A stretch of DNA of 64,000 bases from an uncultured Alphaproteobacteria bacterium (GTDB lineage: Bacteria > Pseudomonadota > Alphaproteobacteria > Rs-D84), in assembly GCA_944389385.1 (NCBI GenBank), contig CALXMC010000002.1, positions 15,353-79,352 of the forward strand, read 5' to 3'. Positions within the stretch are counted from its first letter, which is position 1. Each line of letters starts with the position of its first letter. The notes beneath the pieces were generated by a model that did no database searches, was not told the DNA's origin, and worked only from the letters and a program-made list of their open reading frames with translations. Below are positions 29,501 to 39,468 of this stretch, piece by piece. The translations under genes and the position numbers were made by a program.

Positions 29501-29802
29501 GTGTTGCAGGATTGAAATATGCGTTCGAAATCGAATCGGATGCACGGTTGAAATTCCGTCCAGAAATCCGTGCCGCCGCGACATACGATTTCTTGTCGGA
29601 TGAAGCGGTAACCACCGTTACAATCCCGGGTGCCAGTGCGTACGTGCTGAATGGTGAACGGTTGTCTCGGTTCGGTGGGGAATTCGGTATCGGATTGTCC
29701 GCGCTGTACGAAGGATGGGAAATTTCTGTGAATTACGATTTGGATTTGCACGAAGATTACACATCCCAGACAGGTATGCTGAAATTCAGATATAACTTCT
29801 GA
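26566..29802 (+). CDS. Type Va autotransporter / Pmp-like adhesin
   Basis: Signal peptide, many FxxN...GGAI beta-helix repeats, C-terminal barrel beginning YGVWAQG and ending KFRYNF. Confidence 0.9.
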   Translation: MSAYKHLTDLLKICSVLPALAIMPAVAAETSNDPNKVGQWSGNEYIEEENVKRGGGVLKLATGDTYQNDYIQAGLVSGNSISVTKTGGGVANDVYAQGSVLYSHGSLGGISGTFKNNSVNTSAAERGKASANGGAFALYAGTDIKSISGDFIGNSATSKVDGGKYSDKNNQVSAGGGAIHIEGQYGNKAVSIGEIDGDFTSNSANGDAYANGGAIYIKGGADREGNSGFAVTVGMIDGDFSRNSVTATADKGAFVAEAYMKNSTGGAVSIKEENGGAATVTIDGDFEYNTVTTNATNAFGGAIYNEGTLTLADSDFTYNKAASTSGDSRGGAIYNAATNAKGDTVAGSVTINGDVDIIGNSAGWGGAIWNEGELVFDNKGQQVTFGGNSATAGNAGGGAIYNIGSIGTLSHMLFQGNSADMGGAINNGWFEGKGGQIETITNSFFVGNVGKNGGAIRSNSHIGSITGVRFERNVSANGGALWNGSLADLNKIDGVQFLYNAATASGKGDRQGGAITNGGVITLVSNTNFIGNQAGDIGGAIANDVSQAGKTPTITLQNVLFDSNSAGKNGGAIHNVSGSVVNLMGNNTFVNNFAGGVANDIHNLGTLNIKGGVTTMTGGITGDGGVLTISGGAILDIGTASIQQSSIKFDGEGGKLFASLVNEDYYSKLLVDSIEGDADITLKIGSVGEYDVFGKDGVTSITFNHGNLFNVTTSDDNKVIVTTKDVATVAKDNGLANESAAVLVGLANSGNNAMNAMAIRAQDALKEQGGAQYVQAEAKKLLPQDTPVAQSVASSAQSQVLSLAAGRMSGNALVGRSGGDAANMDYGVWAQGLMNHSKYADKFSGDTYGVAVGADALINGKYTVGIGYAYNETDIDATHDMSIDSSSLFVYGQYKPTQWYINAALNYTMANYEESGVAFDRAFDSYKYDVDSFGGQIMTGYDFASGLTPEVGARYLHIATDDYNNGFNVENEDTNYLTGVAGLKYAFEIESDARLKFRPEIRAAATYDFLSDEAVTTVTIPGASAYVLNGERLSRFGGEFGIGLSALYEGWEISVNYDLDLHEDYTSQTGMLKFRYNF

Positions 29803-29873
29803 TGATGGTATGCAAATAAAAATCCCCCAATCGGGGGATTTTTTTTATCGTTTTTTTTATATTTTTTTTATTT

Positions 29874-30578
29874 TTAATCTTTGAAATAAATGTCACGTTG
29901 CGATTCGGATTTGGATTCCATTTCGTCAAACAATTTATCCGCCGCACGTTCATCAGCCGGTGCATTCCCAGATGCCATGGTGTAATCCGCACCGTTTAAT
30001 AAAATCAAACGACTGGGCATGACGTCGTCGCCATTGCATTCAATATAATACTGGGCGGCGTCGTAATATTTTCCATAGCAATTATTATTTATTGCAGCAA
30101 CGTATCCATATTCAGCCAACTGGGCGCATGTTGGTTGTGCGCCATAAGTGATTTCACCGTTCTGCATATATTCATCCGGGTTATCCAAAATGCCGTTACA
30201 CCAAACACGGGTGTATTCGCCGTTAATCATTGCCATCGCGCCGTTTTCAGTTGTTTTGCGTACGCCAAAGCAATCGCCATCCAAGATATTTGTGTCAAAA
30301 TCTGCATTTATTCCAGTTCCGTTTTTAATATCGTCGCGTCCCATCGCAACTGGATAAGTGCCACCGGACTTTAACGCTTCGGGACAAATCAGTTTCATGC
30401 CCCAACATTCGGCACCACTGTCCCATTCTTCGGGTTCATATCCAATACCCATGGATGTATAACAATCAGTCGGATCCAATTTACAGACAGTTGGTTGTTC
30501 CCACCAATTTGTTACAGCGCCCGCCATGCCCGGCGCAAACGACAAACACAGTACAGAAATGGTAAATATTTTTTTCAT
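29874..30578 (-). CDS. Secreted Cys-containing hypothetical protein
   Basis: Signal peptide MKKIFTISVLCLSFAPGMAGA; 234 aa with several Cys. Confidence 0.8.
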   Translation of the reverse strand: MKKIFTISVLCLSFAPGMAGAVTNWWEQPTVCKLDPTDCYTSMGIGYEPEEWDSGAECWGMKLICPEALKSGGTYPVAMGRDDIKNGTGINADFDTNILDGDCFGVRKTTENGAMAMINGEYTRVWCNGILDNPDEYMQNGEITYGAQPTCAQLAEYGYVAAINNNCYGKYYDAAQYYIECNGDDVMPSRLILLNGADYTMASGNAPADERAADKLFDEMESKSESQRDIYFKD

Positions 30579-30666
30579 TTTTCCTTCTCTTCTCTCTGAG
30601 ATTCTATCAAAAATTTTTATCTATGGCAACAGATAAACGCTGGGTCGTTTTACACAGTTGTTTATT

Positions 30667-33222
30667 TTATCCCCCTGGTTTGAACATTGACTGGTACGCG
30701 TTGGATACCGCTTTTGCGGAAATTTCCGCGCAAAATCCCCATTTTGTGTTCGACCCGGTTTCGTCATAGAAATATTTGAATTGTTGTTGACCCGTTTTAT
30801 CGTGCAGTTTATCGGGACCAGGGGTTCCATATTTATTATTTATTTCATCAACCCATGGTGTGTTAACCCATATACCGCCCAAACGTTCGCATTCTTTTGA
30901 TAATTCAGATGCCATGTCTGCACGGATTGAATCCATTACAACGTTAACGTCTTGTAATACGTTTTGCGGTAACTGCGAGTATCCTGCAACAATTGCATCG
31001 TATTCAGATGGACGTATACATACCTGGGTGGCATATTTAACCATTTGTTGGTACAGACTGCCGATGTAATCGTCGCCACAGTCCGTTGCATCGGCATCCA
31101 ATATGGGCGTGTCCGTTGCGCATTGTGGTTCGGCTGAACCGCCCGGACAATCGCATCCCTCGGGGCAGGGGCGACATCTGTTATTCGGGGTTGGTGTTGG
31201 ATCATATACCCATGTTGTTGCGTATTTTGATTTTGTCGCCATGTAATATCCACTGTTGCATGATACGTATGTGCGGGCGCATACATATCCGGTTTGCCCG
31301 ATTGTTATATGATCGTCGCCTGTGTCTGTCCATGGTTGGTCGCCCCCAGGTTGGGTTTGACGGTTGCAATAAGCCTTGGTTGCATATATCGCGTCGCCGG
31401 GCGCATAAACACGGCATCCGTATGGATAAGAATGCAGCGTGTCGTTGTTGCTGACGGTGCATGTGTCTTGGGCAAAAACTTCCAGTAATGAACGACATTC
31501 AGCCGCGATTTTTTGATCGGTTAAATCATGCATTGCAACCAACAATAATTCCAAACCATTTCCGCTGGGTTCGCCGTATAAATTACTGCATGCGTATAAT
31601 TTTTCTTCACATAATGTTTCAGATAATTCAAGACGTGACCCAGTTAATAATTCAGGCGGTAAATCGCCGACATAGTCTTTTAACTGTTCGCTTTGAGTGT
31701 CATAGCATATATTTACAACGTTCATACATTCGTCTTTGACGGCACGAACTTTTTGTTGTTGACCCTGATAAATTTCAACGATTGCTTGGCGAAGAAATTC
31801 ATCCCAAACCTGGTCCGCGATGTCGCGGCATGTTTCCAAACCACGTTCGGCGAAAATACGTTTTCTGTTTAATTCTGCAACTATCAGTCGGTTGGTGGAA
31901 TTTGTTAACACGTCGCCATCCAACGAAATCTGGTGTTCCAATTGGTAAAAATCAGGCGTATATATCGGTTCGCCTGTGTCGCGATTCAAATACAGACCGG
32001 TTATATCCAAACAATGTACGTAATCTGTACCGCATGCGTTGTCCGCCGTGATGTCGGCACGAACCTGGGCTATGCAGTCGTTGATGGATGTAGAATTATG
32101 GGCGTTATAATTTTCCAAGCGCGCAACATTCATTTCGCGTTCTGTGTCGCGAATTGTGCTGTTGGCCTGGGTTAATTGGGAATTCAAAGCGTTCGTTAAT
32201 GCAGAACAATCGTTTTCAATGTACATACCATACGCAGATACAACCATGTCGAATGTTGATGCAGAACACATGGGGGAAACCAAATCCGCACATTGTGAAT
32301 GGACGGCATTGTACAGCGCTTCGCCCGTAAGGTTCGCAATGTTTTCACCGGATGCCAAATTTGTAGTTGCCCAAATCTGGTTTATGTCGCCCGCTATGTC
32401 CAGTGTGCCCAATGTGCTTAACGATTGGCTTTTTGCAGATGATAATACGTCGCGTATCCCAGTCAGTTTTGCCGCTGAATCAGATGTATCTTTGGCGGAT
32501 TCTGCGGCCAATTCGCCTTCGGATGCGGTAAGCATGGCTTTGACTTCATCGGCAGTTTTGGGGATTACCTCGATATTCAAATTATGAAAATCCTGTAATT
32601 GGCCAGATGCCTGGGATAACGCGCGTTCGCGTTCTTGGATTTCAGTCAGGCGCGATGAACATACGCATCTGCGGTACGAGTCATTGGCAGTGGCGCAAAA
32701 TTGATCCATACAGGTAAAATATGCGTTTCGACACTGATTGTATTCTGTGCCAAATGTATTAGTTACACTGGCGGGGGCGACGGTTGTGTTGCGCGCGGTT
32801 GTGCGACCTGATTGTGTTGTGCCAATGGATGCGCGTGATACGGTGCCACTGCGCGCCACAGTTACAGATGAATTGCCGCGTGATGTTGTTGCAGTTGATG
32901 GGGTTGTGGTATTGTTTCGCGCAATTGTCGTTGCCGCACGGGACACAGATGTATTACGTGTTTTTTCATTTGTTACATCTTTTTGCGGTGTCGCCGTGCG
33001 GGATATTGTGTTGTTTGTATCCGCTGTTCTGGCAATTGTGTTTTTTGTCGTGTTTGTTTGTGTCGTTGTGATTGTGCGGCCGGCGCGCGCAATAACGTTC
33101 GATGATTTTTCAGTTGAGTTTTGTTGGGCTGTGCGATTTACAGTATCTGTTCCACGAACAACAGCATCAGCATTCGCGATGCTGATGCAACACGCGGCAA
33201 TAAAGAATAAAATTTTTCTCAT
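30667..33222 (-). CDS. Secreted Cys-rich family member (851 aa)
   Basis: Signal peptide, Thr/Arg-rich linker, CRNAYFTCMDQFC...RRCVCS, GEALYNAVHSQC, ACGTDYVHC; extra CRPCPEGCDCPGG module. Confidence 0.88.
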   Translation of the reverse strand: MRKILFFIAACCISIANADAVVRGTDTVNRTAQQNSTEKSSNVIARAGRTITTTQTNTTKNTIARTADTNNTISRTATPQKDVTNEKTRNTSVSRAATTIARNNTTTPSTATTSRGNSSVTVARSGTVSRASIGTTQSGRTTARNTTVAPASVTNTFGTEYNQCRNAYFTCMDQFCATANDSYRRCVCSSRLTEIQERERALSQASGQLQDFHNLNIEVIPKTADEVKAMLTASEGELAAESAKDTSDSAAKLTGIRDVLSSAKSQSLSTLGTLDIAGDINQIWATTNLASGENIANLTGEALYNAVHSQCADLVSPMCSASTFDMVVSAYGMYIENDCSALTNALNSQLTQANSTIRDTEREMNVARLENYNAHNSTSINDCIAQVRADITADNACGTDYVHCLDITGLYLNRDTGEPIYTPDFYQLEHQISLDGDVLTNSTNRLIVAELNRKRIFAERGLETCRDIADQVWDEFLRQAIVEIYQGQQQKVRAVKDECMNVVNICYDTQSEQLKDYVGDLPPELLTGSRLELSETLCEEKLYACSNLYGEPSGNGLELLLVAMHDLTDQKIAAECRSLLEVFAQDTCTVSNNDTLHSYPYGCRVYAPGDAIYATKAYCNRQTQPGGDQPWTDTGDDHITIGQTGYVCARTYVSCNSGYYMATKSKYATTWVYDPTPTPNNRCRPCPEGCDCPGGSAEPQCATDTPILDADATDCGDDYIGSLYQQMVKYATQVCIRPSEYDAIVAGYSQLPQNVLQDVNVVMDSIRADMASELSKECERLGGIWVNTPWVDEINNKYGTPGPDKLHDKTGQQQFKYFYDETGSNTKWGFCAEISAKAVSNAYQSMFKPGG

Positions 33223-33317
33223 TTCCTGCTATATTTATACAAATGATAACAAAAATATGTTTTTATGAAAAGTAATATTTACGTAATGGGAATAAAAAAA
33301 CCGCCGTTTGGCGGTGT

Positions 33318-33569
33318 TTATTTATTTTCAGTATTTTCAGCCGTCGGACGGTTGCGTTCAACGAATGTTATACGACCCTTGTCCAAATCATAAGGTGTCA
33401 TTTCAACGCGAACGTTTTCACCAACATTTACCCATATCCGTAATTTTCGCATTTTTCCACATACTGTGGCCAATATTTCGTGTCCGTTTTCCAAACGAAC
33501 CCGGAACATAGTGTTGGGTAATTTGTCAATCACTGTGCCGCTGAAAACAATAACGTCATCTTTTGCCAT
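33318..33569 (-). CDS. infA: Translation initiation factor IF-1
   Basis: MAKDDVI..G.V...[33 protein letters not shown]. Confidence 0.95.
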   Translation of the reverse strand: MAKDDVIVFSGTVIDKLPNTMFRVRLENGHEILATVCGKMRKLRIWVNVGENVRVEMTPYDLDKGRITFVERNRPTAENTENK

Positions 33570-33716
33570 TGTGTATTCCACTTTGTATTTACGTATATTT
33601 ATTTCGCGCACTATGATATTATTTCAATTAAAAAATTGCAAGTTGTTTTTAAGTGCTTGCACAATATGGGGGTATTTGATAGAATTATGTAAGATTAACA
33701 ATGTAGGGTGGAATTT

Positions 33717-35873
33717 ATGAGAACAGGAATTTTAATCGCTTTATTATGTTTCTTGCCGGGGATTGCGGATGCCGCTACGGCGCGTGATCAGGCTGAAAAT
33801 GTGCGTGTCGGTGTAAATCGAATGGCTCAGGCGGCTGTCAGAATTCCGGATATGACTGTGGATTTACCAACAGACAGTACCACATTCCAACCAACGTTGT
33901 CGGAAAAGCCTGATGTGCCATCGACTGGCGGTGGTGATAACGATGATGATGGTGATGATGATACACCGGATCAGCCGGTTGTTGAACCGTCCAGTGAAAC
34001 ATGTCGTGAAGCGTATCGTGCGTGTATGGATGAATTTTGTTTGTTGGATGAGTCTGAAGGCAGTCGTTGTGCGTGTTCGTCAAATATAAATCAGTCGAAA
34101 TCGTTAATCCAAGAAATTCAAGATATCCAGGCCGAAGCAGATAAATTATATACCGAGGGTGTCGAACGTGAACAGATGGGTGCCCAGGCGCGTTTGGTCT
34201 TTGGTGAAAGCGAGGCTGCACAAAAAAGTTCGCGTGTGTCTGGTATTAACTTTGCAGACTGGATAAGCAGCGGCAGTGATGATGACAGTTTGGGCGCAGA
34301 CAGTGATATTGGGGATTCTTTGTATGCGATGGCGGCTGAATTTTGCGCCAGTCGTTTGGAGGCCTGTGGTGATGATGCCGCGATGGAGGAAATGTTATAT
34401 TCGCGTATGGTTGTCCAGGATTGCAAGACTTTTGAACGTTATTTGAATGATCAAAAAACTGTGGCCGAGATGAATTTGCGTACTGCTGAATCCGCCGTGC
34501 GCCAGGCGCGTTTACAAATGTTGGATACAACAAATAAGTATAATCGCGGCGAATGTTTGTTGGCTTATCGTTCGTGTATCGCAGACAAGGGCGGTTGTGG
34601 CGTTAATTTTGAAAACTGTTTGGATGCCGATTTGTTAAACCGTCGTGCGAATGCGTGCGAAAATGTTTTGGATCAGTGTATGGCTGTGCGTGAATATGTT
34701 CTGGAAGATTGGGAGGCTGAATCAGAAATGATTTTGGTCGAAGCAGCAAAATATGCCGATCGTAATGCGCGCGGAACATGTTTGGCGCGAATCCAATTGT
34801 GTTTGGAAGACAGTTGTTCGACCGAGACAAATTCTGCATGTTTAACCGACGTTAATGTCGCGGCTGGTATTTGTCCGGTTATTGACGAATGCGAGGATAT
34901 GATTCCAGGAATAAAAGCGACTGTAAATGACAAATTGGGATATTTGCGTTTGCAATTTTGCCAAAACGATGTCGATTCTTGTTTGCGTGACAGATGTGGC
35001 GAAAACTTTACTGCGCCGGAATGTGTTGGGAAAAGTGCGCGCGAAATCGCGGAACTGTGCCCCCAAAATATGTTCCCGTCTTGCAAGAATGAAACTCAAT
35101 TCGACATCATTGTCCAGGCCGCTTTGATGCAGATGGATTACCAGATGTTGCAGGGATGCTTGAATTATTTCAGTGAACAATTGGGCGCGGTTTGTGGAAC
35201 GGATATGTCTTGCTTGCCATTGGATACGCAAATTGCATCGTTGACCGAGGTTCCCGATAACCAAGAAGATTTGGCGGCCCTGCGCGAGTCTGTCAAGGCA
35301 ACTACGCAGTCGGCGGTCGATGAATTCTTTGAACAATTCGAAGCGAATAAAACGGTGGCGGCGTGTCAAGACAGTCAAAAACCGTCTGATCGGCGCAGTT
35401 TGGGCGACAGCGTATTTACCAGTGCAAAAATGATTGCGGAAATAAATGCACAAAATCGTTCTATGCGTGAACTGGAAAGCAAAATCGCAGAATTATCGCG
35501 TGAGCAAGAATTGGAAGAGGCTGAACAAAACTGCTATAATACGTACCAAGTTGAAGATCCAAAAGAAATGGAAGGGCAAAATTACAGTTATATCCGCAGT
35601 GTAACATGGGAACCTGCTTTGCGTAATTGCCATGTTTGCCGTATGCAGCAGGTTTGTGAAGAAGGTGGCCAAGACAAGATGACCGGCGCGTTACAGGGTG
35701 TCGCAGGTGGTTTGTCGGCCGGCGCGTCAATGGGTACCATGGTTAATGCCGGATGGGGTACGTTAATCGGTGGTGTGGTTGGTGCCGTTGGTGGTGGATT
35801 TATGGGCGCTGCGGCCAGTCACGAAGATACTTTCTGTCAGGAAATAGAAAGTTGTGAAGATATAAACATGTAA
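33717..35873 (+). CDS. Secreted Cys-rich family member (about 718 aa) with C-terminal glycine zipper
   Basis: MRTGILIALLCFLPGIADA, CREAYRACMDEFC...SRCACS, NKYNRGEC, GVAGGLSAGASMG...GGVVGAVGGGFMG; ends CEDINM. Confidence 0.88.
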   Translation: MRTGILIALLCFLPGIADAATARDQAENVRVGVNRMAQAAVRIPDMTVDLPTDSTTFQPTLSEKPDVPSTGGGDNDDDGDDDTPDQPVVEPSSETCREAYRACMDEFCLLDESEGSRCACSSNINQSKSLIQEIQDIQAEADKLYTEGVEREQMGAQARLVFGESEAAQKSSRVSGINFADWISSGSDDDSLGADSDIGDSLYAMAAEFCASRLEACGDDAAMEEMLYSRMVVQDCKTFERYLNDQKTVAEMNLRTAESAVRQARLQMLDTTNKYNRGECLLAYRSCIADKGGCGVNFENCLDADLLNRRANACENVLDQCMAVREYVLEDWEAESEMILVEAAKYADRNARGTCLARIQLCLEDSCSTETNSACLTDVNVAAGICPVIDECEDMIPGIKATVNDKLGYLRLQFCQNDVDSCLRDRCGENFTAPECVGKSAREIAELCPQNMFPSCKNETQFDIIVQAALMQMDYQMLQGCLNYFSEQLGAVCGTDMSCLPLDTQIASLTEVPDNQEDLAALRESVKATTQSAVDEFFEQFEANKTVAACQDSQKPSDRRSLGDSVFTSAKMIAEINAQNRSMRELESKIAELSREQELEEAEQNCYNTYQVEDPKEMEGQNYSYIRSVTWEPALRNCHVCRMQQVCEEGGQDKMTGALQGVAGGLSAGASMGTMVNAGWGTLIGGVVGAVGGGFMGAAASHEDTFCQEIESCEDINM

Positions 35874-35922
35874 TTTGTAATTTGGGCACTTTGCCCAAAT
35901 TATATAATTGTGGGAATAAGCG

Positions 35923-38433
35923 ATGAGAGTAAAAATCTTTTTGACGTCTGTGTTATGTTTGATTGTGGCGGGGGTGGCGGTTGATTCTTTTGCGTTGACG
36001 GCTGCTAAAAAACAGGCTGCGATTCAACAAGGTACGACCGTGCGTACCAAAGTTGAAGCCACTGGTTTGTACGACCAGGCGTGTTATGACGCTTATTTCA
36101 GTTGCATGGATCAATTTTGTATTACTGAAAATGCCAGTGGTGGTGCATGCGGGTGCAGTGATGATATTATTGGGTATAATTCCGAGTTGGAAGAAATCCA
36201 GGCGATGATAAATGAAGCCAACCGTATTCGCACGGAAGAGATTGAACGTGTTAAAGCCGGTGCCAATGCTGATATTGTGTTTTCGGGCGAACGCCGGTAT
36301 GATAAAGATGGTAATATTCTGGATGTGGGCGAATATACCGAAGAAGAACAGAAAGAACGTGAACGTGCCGATTTGTTGGCTATGTGGAATACCACCTATG
36401 ATGACGAAGAAGATATTTGGGATGATGGTTCTGGGGAAGATATGTCCACTATGCAGGGGGCGCAATTAAAAAGTGCCGCCAATGAACTATGTGTGAACCA
36501 GGTGCCCGAAGAATGTGCGGATGATTTGGCGTTCTTGCAACAATTATATTCGCGTCAAATTACATCTGATTGTTTGGGATTCAAAAATTCTTTGGCCAAG
36601 CAGCGCGCAGATGCGGAAATCGAATTGGCAGATGCAGAAAGCGCTGTGCGCACCGCGTTACAGGAAAGTTTTGAAAGCGCAAATAAATACGACCTGGGGC
36701 AATGTATGGTCGAGTTCAGAAATTGTATGCGTACCGAAGATGCGTGTGGTGAAGATTGGGAAAATTGCGTCGGCGTCGTTGCCGCTGAAAATGCCCAGGC
36801 TGAAACAACCAGTACCGCCGGAACCAAATATAAAAGTGTCGATACATTCTTTATATCCGATGCGACAATGGAAATTTTGAATTCAAAACGTCCGATTTGC
36901 GAAAGTGTTTTGGCACAATGTGTTGCCGTCCGGGACGAGGTTTGGCCCCGTTTCTTGAAAGAATCCGCACCCACAATTCGTGTGGCGGAAAGTATGGCTG
37001 AATCCAAATTCCGTCAATCTTGCCTGACCAAGATTTCTGATTGTATTCAAACCGCGTGCCGTGATGATATTGCGGGCAAAGGGGTCGCAACCATGGATGC
37101 GTGTTTGGCACGTCCCGATATGGCGCGCAGTTTCTGCAAGGTTGAAATTGACCCATGCGAACGCATGGAACCCCAGATTTGGGACTATGTCCAAGATAAA
37201 TTGGCCGCTATGCGTGTGGACGCATGTACCCAGGAAGTAAAAGATTGCTTTACTGCGGATACACGTTGTGGGCCGAATTTTGAAAACTGTATCGGTATGG
37301 ATTATGATTACATCCATGATATATGCCCAATTGACTCATTGGTCGTGTGTAAACAAGATAATGAAAATTTCAGTATGGATGATTTGGATGGAATCTTGAT
37401 GGGGTTGTATCTGAATATCGATAATGCCTTGATAGAACAGTGTCAAAATCTGGTCGATCAAAAAATGGCTGAAATTTGCGGCAGTACAACCGACTGTAAT
37501 TACTTCGCGGCCGATGATACGATTGGTTCGGGATCGTTGCGTTCGCAAAAAGATGGCGATATATATCGCGTGACTGGGATGATTTCGTTCGGCAGTATCA
37601 AGATGGGCGACATGGATGGTGAAACCGTTGGTGATGGTAATGGTGGCACGATGAAATTGGGCCCGGGTGAAATCGGTGTTGCGGATTATATAGAAAAAAT
37701 AAAAGAAGAAAATAAAAATAACGGCATGGATGAAGAAGAACGTAATGCCATTATCGCAACAATCGAAGAAGAACTGAATAATATCGCGGGTACGATTAAC
37801 CGAACAATAGATTTAATCGAAAGTGACCCTGAAATTCAGTACTGTGTAAGCGGGCGCGATTTATCACAAATTACCGGGGAAGAGGGCGCAAAAACATCCG
37901 CACGATTCCCGAATTTGTTGAACCAGGTAAAGATGCAGATTGCTGTATCCGCATTGCGTCAGGCCCAGGATAATTATAACGCGAAATTAAATACTGCAAT
38001 AGCAGAAGCAACACGTGATGCCGACCTGGACGTCGCACAATACATGTGCCAAAAAATGGCCGAGAATGGCGGCACGAGCACGGTGGGCGTGGAAACCCGC
38101 ACAACGTTGGCACCGCCGTACTCCATCAGTTACGAGGTTGGCGTCGGTTTGACTGCTGATGAATTGACCCAGGGCGGTTCAGGCGTTGTACGTTCCGGTG
38201 GCGTCAAGTTCAGCAATGGCGGATATTTGGGCGGTGCCAGTTTTGAAGGTGGCGGTTCGTCCAAAGAAGTTACGGCCATATTCAGTCGTGAGACCAGAAT
38301 CTGCCACATCTGTACAACAATTACGACCGAGAATTGTAAAACAACGGGCAGCAGCAGTTGGTTCCACAATAATCGGAATACATCTTGCAGCACGGAAACA
38401 ACCGATCCAATATGCGAAGATATCCAGATGTAA
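35923..38433 (+). CDS. Secreted Cys-rich family member (836 aa), closest to A/B/C
   Basis: CYDAYFSCMDQFC, ANKYDLGQCMVEF, LAAMRVDACT, IESDPEIQYC, RFPNL; ends DPICEDIQM. Confidence 0.9.
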   Translation: MRVKIFLTSVLCLIVAGVAVDSFALTAAKKQAAIQQGTTVRTKVEATGLYDQACYDAYFSCMDQFCITENASGGACGCSDDIIGYNSELEEIQAMINEANRIRTEEIERVKAGANADIVFSGERRYDKDGNILDVGEYTEEEQKERERADLLAMWNTTYDDEEDIWDDGSGEDMSTMQGAQLKSAANELCVNQVPEECADDLAFLQQLYSRQITSDCLGFKNSLAKQRADAEIELADAESAVRTALQESFESANKYDLGQCMVEFRNCMRTEDACGEDWENCVGVVAAENAQAETTSTAGTKYKSVDTFFISDATMEILNSKRPICESVLAQCVAVRDEVWPRFLKESAPTIRVAESMAESKFRQSCLTKISDCIQTACRDDIAGKGVATMDACLARPDMARSFCKVEIDPCERMEPQIWDYVQDKLAAMRVDACTQEVKDCFTADTRCGPNFENCIGMDYDYIHDICPIDSLVVCKQDNENFSMDDLDGILMGLYLNIDNALIEQCQNLVDQKMAEICGSTTDCNYFAADDTIGSGSLRSQKDGDIYRVTGMISFGSIKMGDMDGETVGDGNGGTMKLGPGEIGVADYIEKIKEENKNNGMDEEERNAIIATIEEELNNIAGTINRTIDLIESDPEIQYCVSGRDLSQITGEEGAKTSARFPNLLNQVKMQIAVSALRQAQDNYNAKLNTAIAEATRDADLDVAQYMCQKMAENGGTSTVGVETRTTLAPPYSISYEVGVGLTADELTQGGSGVVRSGGVKFSNGGYLGGASFEGGGSSKEVTAIFSRETRICHICTTITTENCKTTGSSSWFHNNRNTSCSTETTDPICEDIQM

Positions 38434-38459
38434 AAAATCCCCCGTCTGGGGGATTTTTT
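38433..38459. terminator. Intrinsic terminator
   Basis: aaaaaatcccc-cgtct-ggggatttttt hairpin. Confidence 0.75.
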
Positions 38460-38536
38460 ATCGTAATAAAATTCCTAGACATTTTTATAAATAAATGTGA
38501 TATTATATGTGCGTACAATAACAAAAGGGGTTGTGA

Positions 38537-38917
38537 ATGAAAAAAATATCGATTGTGGCGGCTGCGGTCGCTTTGGTTTCTGGGGCTGCTGTGGCTGATT
38601 TTCGTCCAAATGCGCCTCAGCCGAATGTTAATATGCGTGGTGGTTTCGTCGGTGGCGAAGAACAGATTTCAACCGTAAAACAGGCAAAAGAAATGCGTGA
38701 TGATGTTCCTGTTATTTTGCAGGGACGTATTGTTCAACGTATGGGCGGCGAAAAATATTTATTTGAAGACGCAACAGATTCAATCACTATCGAAATCGAC
38801 GATGATGATTGGCGCGGCCAGGTTGTAACACCGTCTGATACAGTAAAACTGTATGGCGAGGTTGATGCCGGTTTATTCAAGACTGAAATCGATGTAGATT
38901 ACGTCGAAAAGATGTAA
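38537..38917 (+). CDS. YgiW/YdeI-family periplasmic OB-fold (BOF) protein
   Basis: Signal peptide, GGFVG..TVKQAKEMRDDVPVILQGRI..EKYLFEDATDSITIEIDDDDW.GQ.VTP. Confidence 0.88.
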   Translation: MKKISIVAAAVALVSGAAVADFRPNAPQPNVNMRGGFVGGEEQISTVKQAKEMRDDVPVILQGRIVQRMGGEKYLFEDATDSITIEIDDDDWRGQVVTPSDTVKLYGEVDAGLFKTEIDVDYVEKM

Positions 38918-38944
38918 AAAAGTCCGCCAATCGGCGGATTTTTT

Positions 38945-39440
38945 AGTTACTTGTTATTCGTGATAGACCACCCCGCCCGGATTCTACCCACGCAAACTAT
39001 GTTTGCGCGGGACCCGGGGCGGTGGGCGTTCGTGCGACCGATGCGACGTGTAGCCCTTTCCACTCTTGGGCGGTGGGGATTAGACCACCCCGGCACGCTG
39101 GCGCGTGCCACCCCTCCGCTAGATGAGGAACTTTGTTCTGCGACGGTACTGGGGGCAGCCCCATCCGTTGTAAAGGGGGACTTAGGCCGTGGTGGGAAGG
39201 TACCAAGTTCCCCTCCATTGGAGGGGTGGCGGCTTGCCGCCGGGGTGGTTAGAGACTGCGGAATTATCCACTTAGTCCCTTTGTCATCGCGAGCGGAGCG
39301 TGGCGATCCAGTAAATAAAAAAGCACTGCGGGCGGATGCCCGCAGGCATATTGCACTGGATTGCCACCGTCGTACGACAACGGTTCCAACGTTTCGCGCT
39401 CCTTCGCAATGACAGCGGGGAAATCACGAGTAACCTGTAA
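38945..39440. repeat. Composite palindromic repeat cluster 4
   Basis: Same modules as clusters 1 and 6, including an inverted copy of the 348-487 element at 39283-39413. Confidence 0.9.
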
Positions 39441-39468
39441 CAAAAAACGGGGCGATGCCCCGTGCTTA

